IMG/VR virus record: IMGVR_UViG_3300037507_005588
Span: 25,823-89,822 of that record
Length of the DNA: 64,000 nt
Strand: one strand, 5' to 3'
Source of the DNA: a virus
A model generated the notes under the pieces. The model ran no database searches, was not told the DNA's origin, and was given only the letters and a program-made list of their open reading frames with translations. How positions within the stretch are numbered: the stretch's first letter is position 1; each line of letters begins with the position of its first letter. A program made the translations under genes and the position numbers. Positions 1 through 9,530 of the stretch are shown here, in pieces.

Positions 1-128
1 GACTATAAGTGGTAAATATTTGTTGGTCTTACTACCCAAAATATATTTGATGAGGGTGTAGTAGTCTAGCCCAAGTGTATGTGGATGTTGTTTTACAAAC
101 TCGTTTTTCATGTCAATATTTTTCTGAA

Positions 129-1151
129 TTATAGTTCAGTTGTTTCGTTATTCAAAATTATTTTTTCACCTTTGTTGATAACCTCGTTTACTCTATTCTG
201 AGGTTGATTTTCATATCCCCAAGTTTCCTTTACACCATCTCTAATAATGTGGTCAGCCCTCATTAGTGAGTGTAACTCACAATATTTGGTTTCTTTAATA
301 CCATTCTTAACCGTTTGAACTACTTCTCGTAATCGATGATGTTCTTCCTGTTTGGTTTCTTTAACCCCATTTTTTATTATATCATCAAATCTTTCATCGC
401 CATCTAACCAATCACCATATTCAGTATGTTTCACCCCCTTTTCAAGGACATCTTTAACTGAAGGACGATTCTGATTCCATTGGTCAATGGTTACTTTAAT
501 CCCATTTTGAATGACCTCTTCCATAGCAAGACCGTCCTCGAAGGGATTGTGTTCGGTCTCTTTCACCCCATTTTGAATAGTATCTTCAATTGTTAAAAGT
601 GAGTGGAATGTCATTTCTCGGGTGTGTTTCACTACATTTTGAATGGTGTCTTCAACAGTTGGTCTACGCAAGTCAACATCACCCCAGGTGTATATCACCC
701 CATTTTGAATGGTATCTCCAACCTCAAGGTGTTGCTCACTCTCATCAGCAACGGTGTATATCACCCCATTTTGAATGGTATCTCCAACGCGCGAACCAAT
801 GTTTAAGAAGCGGGGGTCGGTGTATATCACCCCATTTTGAATGGTATCTCCAACCAAAAGAGATTCCCGCGTGTACCCTCCTTGGGTGCGTTTTACCCCA
901 TTTTGGATGAAATTCTCAACCCATTTGGTTATATGGTGCTGATTCTCAATCACATCCAAAGAAATGATTTTGAATATTTTTTCAAAAAAATAATAATTAT
1001 ACCACAGGGTTCCTGTTTTTGTGAGTTCAAAAATCCATTTCTTTTCATCGGTAAAAATTAACCACCGACTACTATGATTGATATATGTGTCAGCACCTTT
1101 GACCTTTTTATCAATCATTTTTTCTAAAAGTTCGTAGATGTCCCGTTTCAT
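129..1151 (-). CDS. Phage protein with N-terminal globular domain and 12 in-frame 22-aa units (12-aa repeat + 10-aa variable segment)
   Basis: ORF; start moved to ATG 1151 (MKRDIYELL) because TATATTTG lies 5 nt upstream and the longer ORF overlaps tRNA-Ser; repeat consensus V(G/E)DTIQNGV(I/K)xT. Confidence 0.8.
   Translation of the reverse strand: MKRDIYELLEKMIDKKVKGADTYINHSSRWLIFTDEKKWIFELTKTGTLWYNYYFFEKIFKIISLDVIENQHHITKWVENFIQNGVKRTQGGYTRESLLVGDTIQNGVIYTDPRFLNIGSRVGDTIQNGVIYTVADESEQHLEVGDTIQNGVIYTWGDVDLRRPTVEDTIQNVVKHTREMTFHSLLTIEDTIQNGVKETEHNPFEDGLAMEEVIQNGIKVTIDQWNQNRPSVKDVLEKGVKHTEYGDWLDGDERFDDIIKNGVKETKQEEHHRLREVVQTVKNGIKETKYCELHSLMRADHIIRDGVKETWGYENQPQNRVNEVINKGEKIILNNETTEL
156..920 (+). 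CRISPR. CRISPR-like array inside a CDS: 36-bp repeats, 30-bp unique spacers, type VI-B-like repeat
   Basis: GGTGTATATCACCCCATTTTGAATGGTATCTCCAAC identical at 687-722, 753-788, 819-854; degenerate copies start at 885, 621, 555, 489, 423, 354, 288, 222, 156; period 66 bp (one 69); no cas genes in window. Confidence 0.55.
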
Positions 1152-1197
1152 AACACCAAATATACAAACTAAATTGTTATGAAACAAATAAATTCTG

Positions 1198-1283
1198 CGG
1201 TGGGTGTGGGGCTCGAACCCACGCGGCTGTAACACCCTACTTGTTTAGCAAACAAGCCCCTTCACCAACTTGGGTAACCCACC
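1198..1283 (-). tRNA. tRNA-Ser(GCT)
   Basis: Cloverleaf GGTGGGT/ACCCACC, anticodon arm CTTGT-TTGCTAA-ACAAG, long variable arm. Confidence 0.95.
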
Positions 1284-1325
1284 AAAAAATCCCGACCTAT
1301 CTCGGGATAACACATCGGATTATTG

Positions 1326-1413
1326 TGGAAGGAGAGGGATTCGAACCCCCGGAACCCTCTCAGGTTCAACAGTTTTCAAGACTGCCTCGATAAACCAACT
1401 CTGACATCCTTCC
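1326..1413 (-). tRNA. tRNA-Ser(TGA)
   Basis: GGAAGGA/TCCTTCC acceptor, GCAGT-CTTGAAA-ACTGT, long variable arm. Confidence 0.95.
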
Positions 1414-1462
1414 TTTTCGAGATTATAATTACAAAGTTACAAATAAAAAATCAATCAGTAAA

Positions 1463-1858
1463 TTATGAAATTGAATTTTTGAAATCATTTTTAACTTTTT
1501 CACTAATTGGAATTGGATTCCCATCTTCATCAATTCTGACAAAAGTTATGTGAGTAGATAAAACGGTTTCTTCCTCGTGAGTGTAGACATTGAATGAACG
1601 AGCCTCAACATAAAGATTACAACTAGTGTTTCCTATTTTGTCTACTTTACCGTAAATTTTTAATAACATCCCTTCTTTAGCTGGTTTCTTGAAGACACAT
1701 TTATCGATACAGACTGTCACCATTCTTCTGTTATGGCAAACCTCCATAGCGTAAGCGGCTGCTGAAGCGTCAATCCACGCCATTAATTTGCCCCCAAAGA
1801 GGTTTCCGTGAAATCCTAAATCCGATTTTTTGATTGGGTGTGTGTTAATTAAATCCAT
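1463..1858 (-). CDS. Hotdog-fold acyl-CoA thioesterase (YciA-like)
   Basis: DLGFHGNLFGGKLMAWIDASA, VTV..D...FKKP and TFVRID motifs. Confidence 0.85.
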   Translation of the reverse strand: MDLINTHPIKKSDLGFHGNLFGGKLMAWIDASAAAYAMEVCHNRRMVTVCIDKCVFKKPAKEGMLLKIYGKVDKIGNTSCNLYVEARSFNVYTHEEETVLSTHITFVRIDEDGNPIPISEKVKNDFKNSIS

Positions 1859-1915
1859 AAAAACAATATATTCAAATTTTTTGGGTAATCAAATTATATT
1901 TTGTATATTTGTGTT

Positions 1916-2413
1916 ATGAAATTGAAATTAACCGTACTGTTTTTAATTGTGTCCTTTTTTACTAAAGCACAATCTGCTTACTACAATTATTATGGAGGAG
2001 GTTACAACAACGGACGAACCGTAGATTTTATCTTGGTTCAAGGTGACACATCTCTAATTACCACATTCAACGGATTGGACCGAAGGGACTTTGGAATTTA
2101 TTTGGGTGTGAGATATGCCGGTTTGTTCAGTGGTTCTTTGTTCTACACCCCATTCAACTCAATTAATCGTGTCGGAATTACCAAAGGTTTCCTCAAAGAT
2201 GGTGTTAGAGGAATGGCTGGCATGAAAATTCAACCGAACGGGATAAGTTATGATGTTTATCCCGAATTTGGTGTCATGATTCACCCAATCAGATTGTTGA
2301 CAAAAGACCCATATTCATTTGATATCACATTTACAAGTCACTTATCAAACCAAAGTAGATTGGGTTTTGGTATATCTTTTCCTATCCAATACAGAAACAA
2401 CTTTAGATTGTAG
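1916..2413 (+). CDS. Secreted / outer-membrane beta-strand-rich protein
   Basis: Signal peptide MKLKLTVLFLIVSFFTKAQ; TATATTTG at 1904-1911 supports start 1916. Confidence 0.55.
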   Translation: MKLKLTVLFLIVSFFTKAQSAYYNYYGGGYNNGRTVDFILVQGDTSLITTFNGLDRRDFGIYLGVRYAGLFSGSLFYTPFNSINRVGITKGFLKDGVRGMAGMKIQPNGISYDVYPEFGVMIHPIRLLTKDPYSFDITFTSHLSNQSRLGFGISFPIQYRNNFRL

Positions 2414-2425
2414 TATTTATAGTTT

Positions 2426-3022
2426 ATGGGTTATAAAAACAACAATGATATGTTGCAAGAAGACAAGGTCTCAAGAAAAAATGTTAGAGAATTAATTCGG
2501 GACATTATTTTCAAAATAAAACCTGATATTCACGCACCTCAAACTCTTAACTATGAAGGTTTGGACCCCGGTTTCGGTTCGGAATTTGATTTGGAAATTG
2601 TAATTAATAAGGGTGTCGATTTGGATGAAAATACACTCAAACCATATGATTTAGAAGGTTATTGGGACGACGATACCAACTCAATTGAAATCTTTTTGAA
2701 TGTGGACTCAGATGCCAACAATTCTATTTTTTATGAATTGATTGGTGATTTGAACGATATGATTTATCATGAGTTACGACACAAAAAACAATATGAAGAT
2801 GGTTACGAATCTTCAAACAGAGTCATTAAAAAACCTGAGACCTATTATACTCAACCTCACGAAATTGATGCTCAGATTGTTGGTTTGAAAAGAAAGGCTA
2901 AATTACAAGGAAGAGAGTTTGAAGATGTCTTGAGGGAATTCTTCGAAAAAAGACGAAAGAAATACAAATTGACTGATGGTATTATCAATCGAATTGTCCA
3001 AAAAATTATGAATGAATATTAA
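2426..3022 (+). CDS. HExxH zincin-like hypothetical protein
   Basis: YHELRH ... HEIDA; TATTTATA at 2414-2421. Confidence 0.55.
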   Translation: MGYKNNNDMLQEDKVSRKNVRELIRDIIFKIKPDIHAPQTLNYEGLDPGFGSEFDLEIVINKGVDLDENTLKPYDLEGYWDDDTNSIEIFLNVDSDANNSIFYELIGDLNDMIYHELRHKKQYEDGYESSNRVIKKPETYYTQPHEIDAQIVGLKRKAKLQGREFEDVLREFFEKRRKKYKLTDGIINRIVQKIMNEY

Positions 3023-3024
3023 GG

Positions 3025-3642
3025 TTATTTTACCTTAAGAATTTTTTTCACAATATCACTTAGCATTTCGGCTGAAATGTGGAATATTCCGATAGCCGAT
3101 AATCGAGTAATTAATAATTCAATTTCTTCAGGGGAAAATGTGTGACCCTGAAAGGCATTTACCAAATATCCCAATAACGGAATCATGTAGGTATAGGCAA
3201 TTACATCTGAAGTAAAAGATAACCCTTTTACGGTATTACCCAAAAATTTTCTAAAAGACGATTCAAGAGACTTAGTTTTCTGAACGGCAGTTTTCAACTC
3301 AGATTCAATTCCAAGACTTTTAATTCTCCCCATAACTTCTTTGAGTAATTCTTTGTTTTCAAAATAAAGAATTGAAATTGTACCTATCAGTAATAATAGA
3401 ATTTCGTCTTCATTTAAGGTTGGAAATTTACCTCTGAGAAACTCTTCAAGAGGTCTTGTTATAGCCCCAATCATACTAGAAAACGTAAGAAGAATTTTGA
3501 AATTTATACCCAATCTCTTCAGAACTCGTTGATACAAGTCAGCTGAATAGTCGATGGTTCCTGAGTATAATTTTTGTAAAGTTTCACCAACACCTTCTGT
3601 TATCAAAAGTTTTTGTTGAGATTCTGTAATCAAAATATCCAT
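3025..3642 (-). CDS. Hypothetical membrane-associated protein
   Basis: Start MDILITESQ at 3642 preceded by TATTTATT; hydrophobic segments. Confidence 0.6.
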   Translation of the reverse strand: MDILITESQQKLLITEGVGETLQKLYSGTIDYSADLYQRVLKRLGINFKILLTFSSMIGAITRPLEEFLRGKFPTLNEDEILLLLIGTISILYFENKELLKEVMGRIKSLGIESELKTAVQKTKSLESSFRKFLGNTVKGLSFTSDVIAYTYMIPLLGYLVNAFQGHTFSPEEIELLITRLSAIGIFHISAEMLSDIVKKILKVK

Positions 3643-3674
3643 AATAATAAATACCTCAGTATATTTATTTGTAT

Positions 3675-3986
3675 ATGTCACAATTAAACCCACCCTTAAC
3701 ACCTGGAGATAGAATCGTTCTATTACATATGCACGGCCCAAGTGTAATCAAACCTGGCATTGCAGGTACTGTAATTGATATTCAGAAAGTCCCATATGGT
3801 GACAAATTTGATTTCCACTATCTTATGCAATGGGATAATGGGTCTACTTTGGCTTTGGAACCTGATGTGGATAATTGGGTTCTTAAATCAGACTTTGATG
3901 AAAAGAAAAAACCGACCCTTGGTGAGTCGGTTAAGAACGAGTGGGAAATTTATGAGTCACTTTATCGGAGTAAAAACTTCCAATGA
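3675..3986 (+). CDS. Hypothetical protein (SH3-like, DUF4314-like)
   Basis: GDRIVLLHM..PGIAGTV...WDNGSTLAL. Confidence 0.5.
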   Translation: MSQLNPPLTPGDRIVLLHMHGPSVIKPGIAGTVIDIQKVPYGDKFDFHYLMQWDNGSTLALEPDVDNWVLKSDFDEKKKPTLGESVKNEWEIYESLYRSKNFQ

Positions 3987-4264
3987 TTATTGGTTTTGAT
4001 TGGTTCTAAGATATAGGATGTAAAAATCGGATTCAGTGTCCCAAAATGTCCACCTATGATGTTGAAGGAAAAGTAGTCAGTTGCCTCATCCTCCGTCATT
4101 CCATCATTTTGAAGCAAAGTCAAAATTTTATTGGTATCATATAGTACTCTTAGACCCTCAAAACTTTGAACCAATCCTATGATTGCGGATTCCATACCAT
4201 CTAACAAAATGATATTTTCATCCAAATCTCCAATATCTAAATAATCAAGTTCAGTTTGATTCAT
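3962..4264 (-). CDS. Conserved phage hypothetical protein
   Basis: DGMESAIIG..YD..KI..DGMTEDEATDYFSFNIIG pattern. Confidence 0.6.
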   Translation of the reverse strand: MNQTELDYLDIGDLDENIILLDGMESAIIGLVQSFEGLRVLYDTNKILTLLQNDGMTEDEATDYFSFNIIGGHFGTLNPIFTSYILEPIKTNNHWKFLLR

Positions 4265-4655
4265 GACTACATACGTAAAACCAGACAAAGTCATTAAATT
4301 CTATGGCAACTGTTATTAAACCTGGATATTCAGGGTTTGTTTGCATTCTGATGTAACAACTAAATCCGTCTAAATTTTTACATAACCATTTGTGTTCGTT
4401 CTCGGTTTGAGAGACTTTATTTATAATAAAATAGTTTTGTTCTTTTTTACTAAAAATTTTTACCTTAGTTTCATGTAATTCTATTAGAATGTTTACTTCT
4501 TCCCCCTCAACAGACCAAGATGTTACAGGAGAATTTTCATCAACTCTAACTCCCATAGAAACGTTATGAGCTCGGAGGTAGTGTATTTTTGCCGATTGAG
4601 CAAAAGAAGTTAAAGTTGAAACCAATAAAAATAATGAAAGGAAAAAAGACTTCAT
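4251..4655 (-). CDS. Secreted hypothetical protein
   Basis: Signal peptide MKSFFLSLFLLVSTLTSFAQ. Confidence 0.6.
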   Translation of the reverse strand: MKSFFLSLFLLVSTLTSFAQSAKIHYLRAHNVSMGVRVDENSPVTSWSVEGEEVNILIELHETKVKIFSKKEQNYFIINKVSQTENEHKWLCKNLDGFSCYIRMQTNPEYPGLITVAIEFNDFVWFYVCSHESN

Positions 4656-4888
4656 TATTCGTAATTCTGAAGAGTACCTGTTTCAGTAAAATACAAATCC
4701 AAGATTTGTAACTTATCTTGAGCTGAGGCAACCTGTTCCACGAATTTATCCATTTCCTCGATGTGTTGAGGATGTTCCCCTATCCCAACAGAATTGGTAA
4801 AGTAAATTTCAAGTGTTGCTAATCCCTCAGCAATTTGTGACTCATACTTTTTTTTAAGTGCTGAGTATTTCAGATTTTTTTTGTTCAT
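4655..4888 (-). CDS. Small conserved phage protein
   Basis: VGIGEHPQHIEEMDK motif; start at MNKKNLK. Confidence 0.55.
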   Translation of the reverse strand: MNKKNLKYSALKKKYESQIAEGLATLEIYFTNSVGIGEHPQHIEEMDKFVEQVASAQDKLQILDLYFTETGTLQNYE

Positions 4889-5034
4889 GTAAATAATTTT
4901 CATATATTTAATAAATAACAAAAGGGAACCTCGGGACCTCACCAAGAATAACCAATAACCAAAATACTACACAAAGATTTTTGGTCCCGAAGTTTTCCCC
5001 TTCTGTTAAATGATACGATGAAAATTATTATCTA

Positions 5035-5478
5035 TCAAGTTTTCTGAATGAACTTTGTTAGATTTTTCAAACGATTACCCTTAATGTACTCTCGCACTTG
5101 ATTGTAAGGGAGCCAAAAGTCAAAAGTTCCAACTTCTTCTACTCGTTTATTTACACTCTCACGGAAAGATTCAACCTCTTCAACTGAGTTTAGATACTTC
5201 AACCCCAAGTATTTTGAACAGGTTGGTCCCACTCCGACCAACATTGAGAGGTCTTGTTTCAAAGTCTTGTTGCAACAACGACAAAGTTTTCCGTTGTCTT
5301 GAGTCATTTTTGCAACGACACGAATACCATCCTTGTTTGCTTCAATCGCTGAGAGAACGTCAACAACGATTGGGTGGAAGTTCAATCCTTTGGTGTTTCG
5401 GATTGATAATGCTACTTTGCGCTTCAACTTAATGGTTTCATTGTTGAGCGAGATTTCGATTTTCTTCATTTGTGACAT
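5035..5478 (-). CDS. Zinc-finger protein (DUF6011-like)
   Basis: CRCCNKTL...SMLVGVGPTC; TATCTTTG promoter at 5501-5508 (-). Confidence 0.55.
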   Translation of the reverse strand: MSQMKKIEISLNNETIKLKRKVALSIRNTKGLNFHPIVVDVLSAIEANKDGIRVVAKMTQDNGKLCRCCNKTLKQDLSMLVGVGPTCSKYLGLKYLNSVEEVESFRESVNKRVEEVGTFDFWLPYNQVREYIKGNRLKNLTKFIQKT

Positions 5479-5554
5479 TGTGTAGTTGTTTTTGGTTCTA
5501 CAAAGATACAATTTTTTTTTATTCTACAAACTATTTATAGAGAAATATTTTTGT

Positions 5555-6736
5555 ATGAGTGCGTACTTTGTAAACATCAAGCCTGAAGAAAGAGAGAATA
5601 TCCTTAATAAACACAAAGAGGTTTATAATGGATATCAGACTTTGAATCCAGCCCCTGTTAAGAATCCACAAGATTTGTATGTCCAAGATTTGGCAAACGA
5701 TAAGATGGGTATGACAGTGAATAATCGTGGTGAGGTAATGCCCTACACAAACATGGGAATCAATGAATCCAAAAGGGATTTTTCCCCATTGGGATACGCA
5801 AAAAGGATTGTGAACGGTGAAATATCATTTGAAGAGGCGATGAAAGAAGCTGAATTACCGTTTGTTATACTTGCTGATTTAGTTAAAAAATTAAAAAAAT
5901 CGAAAGGTGTCGAAATGGAAGAAGGCGAAATGTGCGAGCAATGTCAAATGGAAGAGGGTTTAGAAGATGGTGGTCAAATGGACATATCAGATATGGCCTC
6001 TTCTATAATGCAATCACAGGAGTTCCAAGAAATATTTCAATTATTGGACCCATCACTATTTGAGGATGAATTTGAATATGCTGACAATGTAATTTACAAT
6101 TTACTCGACAAATACGAGGACGAACCTTATTATGAAGACCTTTTTGACTATATTAAGTATGAATACTCAGAAGATTTGTTTGACGCTTACAGAGTTACTG
6201 TTGGTGATGATTATTCAGACGAAGATTTTGAGGATATTGATTATGAAGAAGTGGAAGAAGATGTTGATGATGGTGAAGTTGCTTCAGATGTTGAACCGGC
6301 ATACGATTTTCAATCACATGGACCTGAGGACGTGTATGGTACATTAAAAGATTACGATAAAGAACACCCTCATCACGATTACGATTCGATGGAAGACGTT
6401 GAAAAGTATGACCCAAGTATGGATTTGGCCAATATGTTTGGAGATATGGAGGACGGAATGGCGTTCAAAGACATCCCAACAGATACATTTCAACAAGACG
6501 CTGGTGACATAAATAGAATGGGTGACGAAGGATTAGGTCAAGATACTGAAAATGATATGGACCTACAGAAAGTTGATACAGGATATAATTTTGTATCGGG
6601 TGGCTCTGAAGGTGGAGATGTTTTCCCGAATGAAGACGACATCGACGAAGAAGTGGATGAAGATTTGAAAGAGTCGTTTACCGAACAAAGGAAATTGACC
6701 CTTGAAATGTTCCAAAGGTTGTCAAGATTCAACTAA
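5555..6736 (+). CDS. Acidic putative virion/head internal protein
   Basis: D/E-rich; TATTTATA at 5532-5539; C-terminal LKES motif. Confidence 0.6.
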   Translation: MSAYFVNIKPEERENILNKHKEVYNGYQTLNPAPVKNPQDLYVQDLANDKMGMTVNNRGEVMPYTNMGINESKRDFSPLGYAKRIVNGEISFEEAMKEAELPFVILADLVKKLKKSKGVEMEEGEMCEQCQMEEGLEDGGQMDISDMASSIMQSQEFQEIFQLLDPSLFEDEFEYADNVIYNLLDKYEDEPYYEDLFDYIKYEYSEDLFDAYRVTVGDDYSDEDFEDIDYEEVEEDVDDGEVASDVEPAYDFQSHGPEDVYGTLKDYDKEHPHHDYDSMEDVEKYDPSMDLANMFGDMEDGMAFKDIPTDTFQQDAGDINRMGDEGLGQDTENDMDLQKVDTGYNFVSGGSEGGDVFPNEDDIDEEVDEDLKESFTEQRKLTLEMFQRLSRFN

Positions 6737-6742
6737 AAAAAC

Positions 6743-6772
6743 AATCCCCTTTAATTGAGGGGATTTTTTTTT
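6743..6772 (+). terminator. Intrinsic terminator
   Basis: AATCCCCT/AGGGGATT stem followed by T run. Confidence 0.8.
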
Positions 6773-6783
6773 ATATTGACCTC

Positions 6784-7581
6784 ATGAGGATAGACAATGT
6801 TTATATCATTACGATAGACCACCGACCAGAATACATCGAGGAATTAGTTGAAAGGGCGAAACAACTTCCGCTGCCAGAAGCAACTCCTATTGAAATAATG
6901 CCAGGTTTTATCGGAACAAGATTAAAAACCGAAGGGGATTTACCGTATCAATTATATGAAGGTTGGGATTTAACATACAGAAACAACAACAATTTTTGGT
7001 GGACAAGACCCGTAACTTACGGAGAAGCTGGTGGCGTGATTTCACACACTCAATGTTGGGAAGATGCTTATGAAAAAGGTTATGAAACCATTTTGATTTT
7101 AGAAGATGATTTTATACCCATACATGAGATTGATTGGTCGATATTCGATGAGTTATGGGACTACGATTGGGACATTTGTTTGATGTCACACAATTCGTTA
7201 CATGGATTATATTCTGATGTTGCAAAACCCTCGAGAATTGGTAAAGAACATTTTATCCGACCAACTTATTTTTACAATACTCATACCTATGTTCTCCAAA
7301 GTGAGGGTATTAGAAAGTTAGTGGAAGACCATCTTTGGATGTTGAAAAGTAATATTATTGTCTCAGATGAATTTCTTTCAGCGGTAACATCGTCCCATCC
7401 CCGATGGGACATTCGAGAAAAGTATATCTCGAATATGATTGCAGTTGCAACTAAACAAAATTATACCGGACAATCACGAAGTGAGGGTCTTGGTAACAGT
7501 CTAACAGAACCTGAAAATGAATCTAAAAACGTACAAACCATTCAACCGATATTTGGTTTACCAATCAATAGAGCCAATTGA
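6784..7581 (+). CDS. Glycosyltransferase family 25-like
   Basis: VYIIT, GEAGGVISHTQCW, ILILEDD, THTYVL motifs. Confidence 0.8.
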   Translation: MRIDNVYIITIDHRPEYIEELVERAKQLPLPEATPIEIMPGFIGTRLKTEGDLPYQLYEGWDLTYRNNNNFWWTRPVTYGEAGGVISHTQCWEDAYEKGYETILILEDDFIPIHEIDWSIFDELWDYDWDICLMSHNSLHGLYSDVAKPSRIGKEHFIRPTYFYNTHTYVLQSEGIRKLVEDHLWMLKSNIIVSDEFLSAVTSSHPRWDIREKYISNMIAVATKQNYTGQSRSEGLGNSLTEPENESKNVQTIQPIFGLPINRAN

Positions 7582-8320
7582 AAAACAAATTTTAGGTATT
7601 CTCACAACGTATTTTTTGGCAATCCTTAACAATTATAAGTTTGCCATTGCCAATCTACAAGAGAACAAGTTAGCGGAAATTTTTACTTCACCCGAAAAAT
7701 GGTGGTCAAAAGAATGGTCCGATTTTGCTCAATACCATGGTATTTTGAATTTGAATAATTGGTATGAAGAAACAGTGTATAAAATAAAAGATGTTACCTT
7801 GGATGAGGTATATCCAAAATCAACCTCAATTCAAGTTTATTGTAATCAAAATTTTATACCCACAATTTTTGAAAATCCAAACTACGCAAAAAAGATTGAA
7901 AAACTCGAACTAAATGAATCCACAATTTTCAATGAATTGTTCACACATCTGTTTACTCAGTTCGAATCAAAATACTTAGAGAATTATAACTTTCTTTTGA
8001 AAAAAATTCTTGAATATGGAGATGACTTCGTTGCCGTGAGAATAAATAAAATTGACGACCAACTGATAAAAAGAATATTGGATACAAAAAAGAAAAATAT
8101 TTTTATTTCATCCCCCGATGAAAATAATGTTGTATTACTTAAAAACAAATTATCCGACAAAAATGTTTTTCATATTGCCAAGATAGTTGATGTTGAAAAC
8201 CAAAAGGAACTCGACACCGTCAAGATGTTCTATGAACTAAAGATATTCCAACAATTTCAAAATATTTTGATTGACGACACCTTTAGTGATGTCTGCAAAC
8301 TATTTGAAGTCAAAGAATAA
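7517..8320 (+). CDS. Hypothetical protein, possibly degenerate GT-B/fucosyltransferase-like
   Basis: FVAVRI..D, IFISSPDE, SDVCKL weakly resemble O-fucosyltransferase motifs; glyco-gene context. Confidence 0.35.
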   Translation: MNLKTYKPFNRYLVYQSIEPIEKQILGILTTYFLAILNNYKFAIANLQENKLAEIFTSPEKWWSKEWSDFAQYHGILNLNNWYEETVYKIKDVTLDEVYPKSTSIQVYCNQNFIPTIFENPNYAKKIEKLELNESTIFNELFTHLFTQFESKYLENYNFLLKKILEYGDDFVAVRINKIDDQLIKRILDTKKKNIFISSPDENNVVLLKNKLSDKNVFHIAKIVDVENQKELDTVKMFYELKIFQQFQNILIDDTFSDVCKLFEVKE

Positions 8321-8869
8321 TGATTTTGGTGTGGTGACAATTTTCTTCACCAAAAACAAACCGTCTTCTCTTTTGTGGAAAAATTGAGTATGAACCCCTT
8401 CGTATTTTTCTTTCTGAACGGTTTTTAATGTACTCGGGTCTTTGTGGTAGGTGTGATAATACATCAAAATACTTCCCCTTTCATTCTTGTCCAAATCTGA
8501 TTTTGAGATGATATCATGAACCTTAGATTCCAAAACCAAAGGAGCAAAAGTACAAACATTTTTTATATGTTGAGGATTTGTAATCTTTGGGATTTCGTAT
8601 ATCTTGGAAAAAGATAATACATCTTCATAGTCCAATTCTAATTTATATAACAAATCCAAGAAACTTACAGAATTGGTGTGGATGTCAAAATTTTTGAGAA
8701 TTATAATTTTTTTTCTTAGTTGGGGGTCTACCTTATCGTAGATATCAAACTCATCTTGATTATCAAAAATAATGAAGTAAAAGACATCATTTGACAATAA
8801 ATCTAACCTGTAATTTAACAAGTCTAATTCTCCTTCAAATTCAAAACAATCTATCAATCTGTTTGTCAT
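8300..8869 (-). CDS. Glycosyltransferase family 17-like (divergent)
   Basis: N-terminal IDCFEFEGELDLLNYRLDLL..DVFYFII; later SKIYEIP. Confidence 0.5.
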   Translation of the reverse strand: MTNRLIDCFEFEGELDLLNYRLDLLSNDVFYFIIFDNQDEFDIYDKVDPQLRKKIIILKNFDIHTNSVSFLDLLYKLELDYEDVLSFSKIYEIPKITNPQHIKNVCTFAPLVLESKVHDIISKSDLDKNERGSILMYYHTYHKDPSTLKTVQKEKYEGVHTQFFHKREDGLFLVKKIVTTPKSLFFDFK

Positions 8870-8929
8870 AATATGTATTTCTTTTAGTTAAAAATAATTA
8901 TATACTTCATTAAACTAAATGTTTACTAT

Positions 8930-9529
8930 ATGACTTTTTCAGACCCTTTTGTTTCCCAATATGCGCAAAATAAAAGATTCTTTATGGATTACTATTATTT
9001 TGAATCAGCATTCACTGACGAAGAGATTGAAAAAATTATCGACTTGGGTGAAAACTCAGAATTATTCGAGGGTCTTGTCGGTGGTTTTGATAACATCAAG
9101 AGAAAACATGTGAGAGATTCCACGGTCGGATTTTTAGATTACGATAACAATACCAGTTGGGTGTTTGAAAAAATGGCAGATTATGCCAAGGAGGCTAACA
9201 ATGAAATGTGGAGTTTTGATTTGTTAGGGTTCGGTGATGGAATCCAATACACCAAGTATTTTGGTGGAGGAGGACACTATGATTGGCACGCTGACATCGG
9301 AGAAACTTGTAGTCATAGAAAAATCTCAATGGTTGTACAATTATCAGATGAAACTGATTATGATGGGGGTATCCTACAACTGAACGTTGGACATCAATTA
9401 TTGGAAGTTCCAAAATTGAAAGGGTCATTATCTATATTTCCTTCTTATCTTTTACATAGAGTTACTCCTGTAGTGACAGGCGTTCGTAAAAGTTTAGTAA
9501 GTTGGGTTTCGGGACCAAATTTGAGATAA
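8930..9529 (+). CDS. 2OG-Fe(II) oxygenase (PKHD/prolyl-hydroxylase-like)
   Basis: YDWHAD, RKISMVVQL, YDGG, FPSYLLHRVTPV, RKSLVSW. Confidence 0.9.
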   Translation: MTFSDPFVSQYAQNKRFFMDYYYFESAFTDEEIEKIIDLGENSELFEGLVGGFDNIKRKHVRDSTVGFLDYDNNTSWVFEKMADYAKEANNEMWSFDLLGFGDGIQYTKYFGGGGHYDWHADIGETCSHRKISMVVQLSDETDYDGGILQLNVGHQLLEVPKLKGSLSIFPSYLLHRVTPVVTGVRKSLVSWVSGPNLR

Positions 9530-9530
9530 T

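Noticed and set aside
129-920. Diversity-generating retroelement target
   Set aside because: No reverse transcriptase or template repeat in the window; variation is whole 30-nt blocks, not adenine-specific.
1323-1553. ORFs overlapping RNA genes (also 14968, 15586, 21352, 21367, 25319, 25350, 25598, 28886, 29416)
   Set aside because: They are translations of tRNA or RNase P sequence.
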